This document shows positions 38,137 to 46,406 of a stretch of 64,000 bases of DNA, one piece after another. Within the stretch, counting starts at the first letter, position 1, and the number at the start of each line of letters is the position of its first letter. Made by a program: the position numbers and the translations under genes. The notes under the pieces were generated by a model. It was given only the letters and a program-made list of their open reading frames with translations, was not told the DNA's origin and did no database searches. Source of the stretch: Polyangiaceae bacterium (GTDB lineage Bacteria > Myxococcota_A > Polyangia > Polyangiales > Polyangiaceae); NCBI GenBank assembly GCA_965222375.1, contig CBDCTZ010000013.1, forward strand, positions 1-64,000. Direction: 5' to 3'.

Positions 38137-41100
38137 ATGGCGAGAGTAAGCGAGGAAGAAATCCGGGCTTTGAAGCGAGAGATTTCGGTGGAGCGACTCG
38201 CACAGGCCCGGGGCGTGACGCTGAAGAAGCACGGCTCGGACTTGATCGGGCTGTGCCCGTTTCACGACGACCGAGAGCCGAGCTTGGTGATTACGCCCGA
38301 GCGGAACCTCTGGCACTGCCTGGGTGCGTGCCAGGCGGGCGGGACGGTGATCGATTGGGTGATGAAGGCGGAGGGGGTGAGTTTTCGACACGCAGTCGAG
38401 GTGCTGCGCAAAGACCATCCCTCCTTAGCCGCAGAGCCGAGCAAGCGGCGGCCGGCGAAAAGGACGCTGCTGCCCAAGCTGCCTGCGGTGGTGGACACGA
38501 CGGCTTCGGACGCGGAGCTGATGGCGGAGGTGGTGGCCTACTACCAGCAGACGCTGCAGGAGAGTCCCGAGGCGCTGGCGTACCTGGAAAAGCGGGGGCT
38601 GCGAAACGACGAGGCCATCGAACACTTCCGTCTCGGCTTCGCGAACCGCACCCTGTCCTACCGGCTGCCGTCCCGCAACCAACGGACGGGAGCGGAGCTG
38701 CGAGCGGCGCTGGAGCGGATCGGGATCTTCCGACAGAGCGGGCACGAGCATTTGAACGGCTCCCTGGTGATCCCGATCTTCGATGCGTCGGACCGAGCGG
38801 TGGGCATGTACGGGCGGAAGATCACCTCGAGCCTGCGCAAAGGGACTCCCCGGCACCTGTATTTGCCTGGCCCCCATCGCGGCGTCTGGAACCTTTCTGG
38901 CATCGAAGGCGCCCGGGAAGTGATCTTGTGCGAGAGCCTGATCGATGCGCTGACTTTCTGGTGCGCCGGCTTCCGGAACGTCACGACGGCCTACGGCGTG
39001 GAGGGCTTCACGGAAGAGATCCGAGTTGCATTGGCGGCCCAGGGCGTCGAGCGAGTGTTGATTGCCTACGATCGCGACGACGCCGGCGATCGCGCGGCGG
39101 ATAGGCTCGCCCGCGAGCTGGCGGAGCTGGAAGTGGGCAGCGCGCGGGTCTTGTTTCCGAAAGGCATGGACGCGAACTCCTACGCGCTGAAGGTGACGCC
39201 GGCATCGCAGAGCTTAGGCTTGGCGCTGCGCCAAGCGCAGTGGATGCACAAAGGCAAACCGCGAAGCGTTGCAGGTGTCATCGACACGCGTGCCGAGCCC
39301 GCACCCGACATCGAGCAGGTGGAAGCGACAGAGACACCTGCCCCGAACGTCCCGACGCCGCCGGATGCCGAAGCTCATCCCACCTTAGCCGCAGAGCCGC
39401 TTGCAGAAGCGCTGCAGTCCGAGCCGGCGCCTGCGAGCGCATCCGCGCCACCCATGCCCGAAGCGAAGACGTTGGAGGCCGAGAGCGAGGGTGATGACCT
39501 GGTTTTCCGATTTGGCGATCGACGCTGGCGAGTGCGCGGCCTCGGCAAGAACGCCGGCCCCGAGCAGCTGCGCGTAAACCTCCTCGTGGCCCGTGACGGC
39601 GGGGGATTTCACGTGGACACGCTGGAGCTGTACGCGGCGCGGCAGCGCGCGGTGTACGTGAAGCTGGCAGCGGAAGAGCTGGGGCTCGAAGAGCGTGTGG
39701 TGAAACACGAGCTCGGCCAGGTGCTGTTGGCCTTGGAGGAGCGGCAGGAAGCGGAGAAGCTCGCCGCGCAGCAGAAGCAGCAGCGCGCGAAGCTGAGCGA
39801 CGCGGATCGCAACGCGGCGCTGAAGCTGCTGCGCTCGCCGGGGCTCTGCGATCAGCTGCTGGAGGATTTCCGCCTGATGGGTGTTGTGGGCGAGGAAACG
39901 AACAAACTCGTGGGCTACTTAGCTGCCACGAGCCGCAAGCTGGATGAGCCGCTGGCGGTGATCATCCAAAGCTCGAGTGCGGCGGGAAAGTCGTCACTGA
40001 TGGACGCGGTGCTGAGCCTGATGCCGCTCGAAGAACGCGTGCAGTACTCGGCGATGACGGGGCAGAGCCTGTTTTACATGGGCGAGACGGATCTGGCGCA
40101 CAAGATCTTGGCCATCGTCGAAGAAGAGGGCGCGGAGCGCGCGAGCTACGCGCTCAAGCTCCTGCAAAGCGAGGGTGAGCTCACGATCGCGAGCACGGGC
40201 AAAGATCCAGCGACGGGGCGACTGGTGACGCAGGAGTACCGGGTGGCCGGCCCGGTGATGATCTTTTTGACGACGACGGCGATCGAGGTGGACGAAGAGC
40301 TTTTGAATCGCTGCATCGTCTTGACCGTCGACGAAGGCCGCGAGCAAACGCGAGCGATCCATGAGCGCCAGCGCCAGGCGCGGACGCTCGGTGGCGTAGT
40401 GAGCCGGCAGGAGCGGCGCCGGTTGACGTTGCTGCACCAGAACGCCCAGCGCTTGCTCAGGCCACTTTCGGTGGTGAATCCCTTTGCGGAGCAGCTGACG
40501 TTTCCCGATCACCGCACGCGGATGCGACGAGATCACACGAAGTACCTGGGTCTGATCGACGCGATTGCGCTGCTGCACCAGTACCAGCGTCCGGTCCACG
40601 AGGTGGAGCACCGGGGAAACAAGCTTCGGTACGTGGAGGTGACGAAGGAAGACATCGTCTTGGCGAACCGCCTCACTCGCGAGGTGCTGGGCCGAAGCCT
40701 CGACGAGCTGCCACCGCAAACCCGGCGCCTCTTGGGCCTAGTGGACGCGCTGGTGACGGCAGAGACGAAGCGTCTGGGGCTAGATCGGTGCGACTATCGA
40801 TTTAGCCGCCGAGAGCTGCGGGAGCACAGCGGCTGGGGCGACACGCAGCTGAAGGTGCACCTGGGGCGACTGGCGGAGCTGGAGTACGTGCTGGTGCACC
40901 GCGGTCGCCAGGGCCAAAGCTACGTGTACGAGCTGTGCTGGAGCAGAGAGGACGGTGCAGGCACATCTCTGGCGGGTTTGGCGGACGCAGAACAGCTCGA
41001 TGCATCATCTACGATTTCAACTTCGCGGGGGTGCGAGGCAACTTCGCGGGGGTCAGACCCCAACTTCGCGGGGGGTGGTCGGCCCTCGGTCGGGGGGCAG

Positions 41101-41265
41101 TCGGGGGGTGGTCGGGGCCATGAAATGGCCGCGTCGCAGCAGGAAAGCTCCTCGAATCGTGATCGAAAGCACGGCAGCGACGAAAACACGCGTCGCGGGA
41201 ACGGAATTTCTTCGCCGTCGTACGTGAGAGGTGTCGTAGCGGCTCGTCGAGTGGACGTGAGCTGA
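38137..41265 (+). CDS. CHC2-Toprim primase / P-loop NTPase fusion
   Basis: Same motifs; start at MARVSEEE by alignment with the other copies. Confidence 0.9.
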   Translation: MARVSEEEIRALKREISVERLAQARGVTLKKHGSDLIGLCPFHDDREPSLVITPERNLWHCLGACQAGGTVIDWVMKAEGVSFRHAVEVLRKDHPSLAAEPSKRRPAKRTLLPKLPAVVDTTASDAELMAEVVAYYQQTLQESPEALAYLEKRGLRNDEAIEHFRLGFANRTLSYRLPSRNQRTGAELRAALERIGIFRQSGHEHLNGSLVIPIFDASDRAVGMYGRKITSSLRKGTPRHLYLPGPHRGVWNLSGIEGAREVILCESLIDALTFWCAGFRNVTTAYGVEGFTEEIRVALAAQGVERVLIAYDRDDAGDRAADRLARELAELEVGSARVLFPKGMDANSYALKVTPASQSLGLALRQAQWMHKGKPRSVAGVIDTRAEPAPDIEQVEATETPAPNVPTPPDAEAHPTLAAEPLAEALQSEPAPASASAPPMPEAKTLEAESEGDDLVFRFGDRRWRVRGLGKNAGPEQLRVNLLVARDGGGFHVDTLELYAARQRAVYVKLAAEELGLEERVVKHELGQVLLALEERQEAEKLAAQQKQQRAKLSDADRNAALKLLRSPGLCDQLLEDFRLMGVVGEETNKLVGYLAATSRKLDEPLAVIIQSSSAAGKSSLMDAVLSLMPLEERVQYSAMTGQSLFYMGETDLAHKILAIVEEEGAERASYALKLLQSEGELTIASTGKDPATGRLVTQEYRVAGPVMIFLTTTAIEVDEELLNRCIVLTVDEGREQTRAIHERQRQARTLGGVVSRQERRRLTLLHQNAQRLLRPLSVVNPFAEQLTFPDHRTRMRRDHTKYLGLIDAIALLHQYQRPVHEVEHRGNKLRYVEVTKEDIVLANRLTREVLGRSLDELPPQTRRLLGLVDALVTAETKRLGLDRCDYRFSRRELREHSGWGDTQLKVHLGRLAELEYVLVHRGRQGQSYVYELCWSREDGAGTSLAGLADAEQLDASSTISTSRGCEATSRGSDPNFAGGGRPSVGGQSGGGRGHEMAASQQESSSNRDRKHGSDENTRRGNGISSPSYVRGVVAARRVDVS

Positions 41266-42419
41266 TGCCGCCCAAGCAGCGCAAGGGACCGAAGCCGCCG
41301 CGAGTCATCGGCAACCTCGACGATCCCGATGGTTTTGGCGTCTGGGTGCGGCGCTATTTGAATTGGCTGGCGGTGCGCAACTACTCACCGCGCACCGTGA
41401 CGAACGCGGAATCGAGCCTGTCGCTCTTCGTGGTGTGGTGCAGCGCACGGAGCCTGACCAGGCCGTCAGAGCTGACGAAGCCGATCCTGGAGCGCTACCA
41501 GCGGCATCTGTACCACCTGCGGCGGCCTGACGGTCGGCCGCAGCTGTCGTTTCGGTCGCAGCATGTGCGGCTAAGTGCAGTGCGGGGCTTCTTCCGCTGG
41601 CTGGTGAAACAGAACGCTCTGTCTGCCAACCCCGCCAGCGAGCTCGAGCTACCGCGATTGCCGATGCGTTTACCCCGGGACGTGCTGACCGTCTCGGAGG
41701 TCGAGCGCGTCATGGCGCAGCCGGACACGCGGACGGCAGTGGGCGTGCGTGACCGGGCCATCCTGGAGGTCCTGTACTCAACCGGAGTGCGTCGCAGCGA
41801 AGTGGTGAGCTTGCGGCTGAGCGACGTCGACGTGGAGCGCGGCACGATCATGGTGCGGGAGGGCAAGGGTCGAAAAGACCGGATGGTGCCGGTGGGCGAG
41901 CGAGCGCTGGCCTGGGCGGCGCGTTACGTGCGGGACGTGCGCCCCGAACTCATGATGCCGCCCGATCCCGGAGCGCTCTTTTTGACGACGCTGGGCGAGC
42001 AGATCACCCCGGACTGGCTGACGCAGGCCGTGCGCCGGTACGTGAAGGACGCGGACATTGGCAAGAGCGGGGCATGTCACATTTTTCGGCACACGATGGC
42101 GACGCTGATGCTCGAGGGGGGCGCCGACGTGCGTTACATCCAGGAAATGCTGGGCCACGTGCACCTGGACTCGACGCAGGTGTACACGCGAGTGAGCATC
42201 CGCAAACTCAAAGCGATCCACGAAGCGACGCATCCGGGAGCGAAGCTGGAGCGGCTCGCAAAGACGACGGGCGAGCGTGAGCAAGACGCGAAGCACTCGC
42301 TGGAGACGGCCATCGGCGAGTCGGGCGCATCACGGTCACCAAAGGCGCCGCTGACGGCGACGGCAGAGAAACGCTCCTCGCCCTTAGCCGCTGATTTGCG
42401 ACGCGAGGACAGCGAGTAG
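41265..42419 (+). CDS. XerC/XerD-like tyrosine recombinase
   Basis: One visible amino-acid difference (E/N) from 23401..24555. Confidence 0.93.
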   Translation: MPPKQRKGPKPPRVIGNLDDPDGFGVWVRRYLNWLAVRNYSPRTVTNAESSLSLFVVWCSARSLTRPSELTKPILERYQRHLYHLRRPDGRPQLSFRSQHVRLSAVRGFFRWLVKQNALSANPASELELPRLPMRLPRDVLTVSEVERVMAQPDTRTAVGVRDRAILEVLYSTGVRRSEVVSLRLSDVDVERGTIMVREGKGRKDRMVPVGERALAWAARYVRDVRPELMMPPDPGALFLTTLGEQITPDWLTQAVRRYVKDADIGKSGACHIFRHTMATLMLEGGADVRYIQEMLGHVHLDSTQVYTRVSIRKLKAIHEATHPGAKLERLAKTTGEREQDAKHSLETAIGESGASRSPKAPLTATAEKRSSPLAADLRREDSE

Positions 42420-42449
42420 CGGTCGGCGCTGGGACACAATTGCCGCTCC

Positions 42450-42630
42450 GCCCCCCGGCGCGAGTCGCTCGCTCGGCGGTGCGCATAATGCTGCATTATG
42501 CGCACCGCCCGGCGTCATGGGGCTTGCAACGCTGAGCTCGACGCGGCGGCTCGCTAGCAAGCCCCTCGCCGCCGGGTGCCCTCGCTCGCTAAACATAACA
42601 AGGGAATTATGTTTCCTCGCGCCGGGGGGC
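42450..42630. other. Folded region with dif-like palindromes, copy 4
   Basis: Identical to 24586-24766. Confidence 0.65.
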
Positions 42631-42838
42631 TGCGCTCCACAGTTGGCGGCGTGGTGCGAGTCACGATGTACGACGCCGGCGCATCGCGTGCACCGTCCCG
42701 GCGAACGCGGCGGCCCCGCCCCGCCGCGCTCGCCTCATGGCGTCGTGGAACGGACCCACCCGCCCCTCGCGGTGCGGTCCGGCCTGCGTGGGTCCCTCCC
42801 ACGCAGGCCTCAGTGCGTCCATTACCCCTCGCTGCGCG

Positions 42839-43681
42839 CTACTCGGCGAACAGCTCGTCGGTGGTCTTCACGGTGACGGCTTTGCGCGTCCAGGCTCGGA
42901 GTGTTTCGGCGTCATTGCATTCGAGGATGCGTTGCCGCTGCTCGTCGGAAACGGCCAGCTCGCGCGACTCGAGCACGTCGAGCAAGGCTTGAGCCCGCCC
43001 ATCGCTGAACGACCGCTTCAGTGACTTGTCCTGGTACTCGTGTGTTTGCGGGAGCATCTCGAAAGCCTTCCTGGCAGCTTCGCTGAGCGCCGAGATAATG
43101 AGATCATAGTACACCGCGAAGCGTTGTGCACCGAGCTGAGAACTCGCTCGTGCTGCAATGTCAGCCAAGCGCACCGCGTCGTCGATAGCTGTGTGGCCGT
43201 GGGCAATGGCGCTGAGGACAGCGAGCTCGGGTGCCCGCTTGGCCTGGTCCAGGTCGTCGACCAATGGGACGCCCTCCGGACCGATGACGAAGGGCAACAG
43301 GCTGGCCCGCTCACCCAGCCGAATGGGTCGAGCCGCCCAGGTGGCCACCTTGGCGTCCGGAGCGACCACGAGCAACTCAACGGGACAGCGAATGCGAGCA
43401 CGCAGATTGGCCACGTAGACCGGCCATGTGAACGGCTTGTCGTCGTCGGGGGCGAGCTGGACCTCGACGACGATCCCCATCACGGCAATGCCGTCGACGA
43501 GCAGCACGACCAAGTCCGCGTAGCGAGCCGCGGGAGCCACATCGGTCAGCTCAGCGCTCTCGAGGCGTGCTTCGGTGTACGCCGGCAACTCGACGCCGAG
43601 AGCATCACGCAAAAGCTCTGCAGCCAACTCTGGACGATTGCGGAACAACAAGAGCAGGGCCTCGTGCAGGAACGACGGCAT
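42839..43681 (-). CDS. Rpn-like PD-(D/E)XK nuclease-fold protein
   Basis: One visible amino-acid difference from 24975..25817. Confidence 0.65.
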   Translation of the reverse strand: MPSFLHEALLLLFRNRPELAAELLRDALGVELPAYTEARLESAELTDVAPAARYADLVVLLVDGIAVMGIVVEVQLAPDDDKPFTWPVYVANLRARIRCPVELLVVAPDAKVATWAARPIRLGERASLLPFVIGPEGVPLVDDLDQAKRAPELAVLSAIAHGHTAIDDAVRLADIAARASSQLGAQRFAVYYDLIISALSEAARKAFEMLPQTHEYQDKSLKRSFSDGRAQALLDVLESRELAVSDEQRQRILECNDAETLRAWTRKAVTVKTTDELFAE

Positions 43682-43905
43682 GCCCCGAACCTAGACCCTT
43701 CTCTTTTTAGCCGCCAGAAATCACGCCTCGAAACGCATGTGCGCATGCAGTCTCGCGTCGACCAAAAAGCGCGTGTAGCCTCAAACACGCGTCAGGGGAT
43801 TTTCGCTGCCACGCGGCTCCCCGCATCAGGTCGTTGAGTTTCTAAGTAGCGATACGCGCCCGAGAAATCGAGGCTGCGCGTACGACGTTTGCGTCCGACT
43901 CATGT

Positions 43906-44874
43906 TTCACGGGGAAGGAGAGCGATGTCGAGGTTGGGCTGACGTACTTCGGGAAGCGGTTTCTCAGTACGCATCTGAATCGGTGGGTGTCGCCTGATCC
44001 TCTTGAGGTGCACGTTGGGGGCAGTGGCGACCTGAACGTCTATGCGTATGTCTCCGGACGGACGCTGAAGAATGTGGATCCACTTGGACTGCAGTCCAAC
44101 GAAGGGGGAACTGGTCAGGGCAACGCTGCGCCCGAGGATCTGAACAAGGGTACTCCGACCCGTGCCAAACCTCCTCGGCCTGCGCCAGCAGGACCTGACA
44201 CTGGGTCACGTGGTGCTGGCGGTGGCGGTGCGGGCACGTATCAGCAGCCGGTGAACGCGAGCATGCCGGAGGCAGACCTGCGACCTGGTGCAGGAGGGGT
44301 CTCGAGCACGTTGTACGGTGGCACACGAGGAGCGGGTGGAACATCGCATGGTGGACCGGCCATTCCGAAGGCCAGTCAGATGCCAACGGCGACAGACGTT
44401 GCACTGATGACTCCGTATGGCCCGAACCTCGTCGTGGCCGGTGCCGCGCGAGGCGTGGTTGCGGCGAGCCGTTTGGGAGCACGAGCGTTCAAGGCGGCGA
44501 ACGAGGCGAAGCTCATGGAGCGAATCGCCGTTGCCGAGCGACGCATTATGCAACAGCTTCGAGAGTTGCATGCGGACGAACGTGGCTCGTTGGGTCGCGG
44601 GGGAAGACAGCAGCGTTTACGGGAGCTCGCAAATGATCCGAATGTGTCGAAGGCAGACCGCGGTTGGATAAGACAGGAACTTAACCAGATCGAGCGAGGC
44701 AGACGCATCAACATTCGCAACCCACCCGGCAAGGATTTGGCGCACAGTCGTGGCAGAGAAGCGGCGAAAGGCTTCGACCATGTGCAGTCGCCATCGAATC
44801 TCCAGGATAGAGTCTTGCATCGAACCCAGCACAAATTCGACAATTTCGGAAAGAAAAATAAGCTGCGACGATAG
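43906..44874 (+). CDS. Orphan Rhs C-terminal module with HNH-like tip (resembles polymorphic toxin type 8)
   Basis: FTGKE..FGKRFLSTHLNRWVSPDPL..DPLG; tip RGWIRQE..IRNPPGKDLAH.RGREAAKGF..LQ...LHRTQHKFD. Confidence 0.75.
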   Translation, partial: FTGKESDVEVGLTYFGKRFLSTHLNRWVSPDPLEVHVGGSGDLNVYAYVSGRTLKNVDPLGLQSNEGGTGQGNAAPEDLNKGTPTRAKPPRPAPAGPDTGSRGAGGGGAGTYQQPVNASMPEADLRPGAGGVSSTLYGGTRGAGGTSHGGPAIPKASQMPTATDVALMTPYGPNLVVAGAARGVVAASRLGARAFKAANEAKLMERIAVAERRIMQQLRELHADERGSLGRGGRQQRLRELANDPNVSKADRGWIRQELNQIERGRRINIRNPPGKDLAHSRGREAAKGFDHVQSPSNLQDRVLHRTQHKFDNFGKKNKLRR

Positions 44875-44891
44875 TGTGAGAGGCGAGGGCA

Positions 44892-45275
44892 ATGATTGTC
44901 AGCGACAAAGAACGGGAATCCGTGACTGCGCTTGCCGGCGACAAGCGCTACCGCTACTTCATCAAGCGTGTTGTCGATACCGGAGTAGTTTGGGGCTTGT
45001 GGCAGAATGGTTGGGCGCTGGCGACAACAGAGAGTGGCGAACAGGTGTTTCCACTCTGGCCCGCCAAGGAATTTGCCAGTGCTTGCGCAATGGGTGACTG
45101 GTCATCGTACGCACCGGAAGAGATAGACCTGGAATCACTTATTGATGATTTGGCTCAAAGACTTGCAGACAGTGGGGTCTTGGCGGGGGTGTTTCCAACT
45201 CCGAGCGAGCAGGGCGTGACGCCCGAACTCGACGGATTGGTGGCTGACCTACGGGCGGAGATGGGGAGATACTAA
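44892..45275 (+). CDS. DUF2750-like putative immunity protein
   Basis: KRYRYFIKRVVD...VWGL...GW..FPLWPAKEFA..W..Y.P..I; GAGGCGAGG upstream. Confidence 0.75.
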   Translation: MIVSDKERESVTALAGDKRYRYFIKRVVDTGVVWGLWQNGWALATTESGEQVFPLWPAKEFASACAMGDWSSYAPEEIDLESLIDDLAQRLADSGVLAGVFPTPSEQGVTPELDGLVADLRAEMGRY

Positions 45276-45533
45276 TTTGTTGAAGACGAAGCCGTCCTCC
45301 CACGGCTAGGTGGCTACAACTGGTGTGTTGCGTCAGCGAGTTGTTCACCCAGAAAACCGCGCAATTGTGAGCACAACGTGACTGGAATTTCGGACTCTGA
45401 TCGCGCTCCACGCTGCAGCAGGCATTCGTGGAAGGAAGCGTTCGAGCGTGGCAGTACGCGTCCAGAGGTAAGATCCCAAATCGCAAACGCACGAGTGCCT
45501 CGATGCATGGCGAAACAAAACGCATTGCGCGAT

Positions 45534-46253
45534 TCAAGCGGCGTCGCGGAGCGAGACGATAGGCAAGTGGTTGCGGCCTTGGACGCGCCCGGTCACGAGC
45601 TGCAAGCCCGCAACGCGCTTGGCGGGGTCGCCTCGCGGGAGCGGAACGCTCGCGCGAGGCTCCCAGCGAGGCAGGTCGCGAGCCGGCGTGCGCCCATCAC
45701 GACGCTCCGCAGGGGTGGCGCCACCGAGAGCCATGTGCGGCCGATGCTCGTGATACCACTCGACGTAAGCAGCGATCTCGGCGTGCATCCTCGGCAAGGA
45801 GAGCATCAAGACCGGAAGGCGCCAGAGCATCTCGTCTTTGAGAGAGCGAAAGAAGCGCTCGATGATGGCGATGCTGCCGCTCTTGCCGATGGCGCCGAAG
45901 CGCGGCTTGACACCACGGCGCTTGCACCAGGCCTTGTACTTCCTGCCAAACTGCGGTCCCCGATCGGTCACGATGTGTTTGGGCGCGACGCCGGCATTGC
46001 GGCGAGCCTTTTCGAGCAAGGAGCACACTTGCTTGGCGGAGGGTTGAGACAAGTACAATCGCCAAGCGACGACGGAGCGAGAAAAGTGATCGAGCACGAC
46101 GCCGATCCAGAAACAAAAGGGCCAGGCTTGTTTCAGCGAATGCGGGACCCAGGAAACCCACCAGCCCGCGACTCTGGGAAGCAGCGAGAGATCGACATGC
46201 CAAAGGTGATGGGGGTAGCGAGCAGTCACAACGCGAGGCGTGGTCGCGTCGGT
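45534..46253 (-). pseudogene. 5'-truncated rve transposase, paralogue of 27654..29009
   Basis: Homology to the first copy runs from ~45323 to 46253 and stops at the IS21 left end; the N-terminal half is absent on the far side. Confidence 0.85.
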
Positions 46254-46406
46254 TGTCACGGCTCGGCCTATGAGATCAGGCCTGGCTCGGCCAAGCGAAC
46301 CCACCTGAGTTCGGCCAAACAAACCGCGCCTGGCTCGGCCAAACAAACCGCGGCGGGGGCCGAGAGGCACTGGACAAATGTAGAGCATGGCGATGGTCTG
46401 GCTGCC

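Larger units (their letters stand above)
37411..43905 (+). mobile_element. Primase-integrase integrative element, copy 4
   Basis: Starts 10 nt after the immunity gene stop; nearly identical to copy 3 except the 5' part of the primase gene. Confidence 0.75.

Noticed and set aside
1..45275. Prophage or conjugative element
   Set aside because: No capsid, terminase, tail, relaxase or type IV secretion genes.
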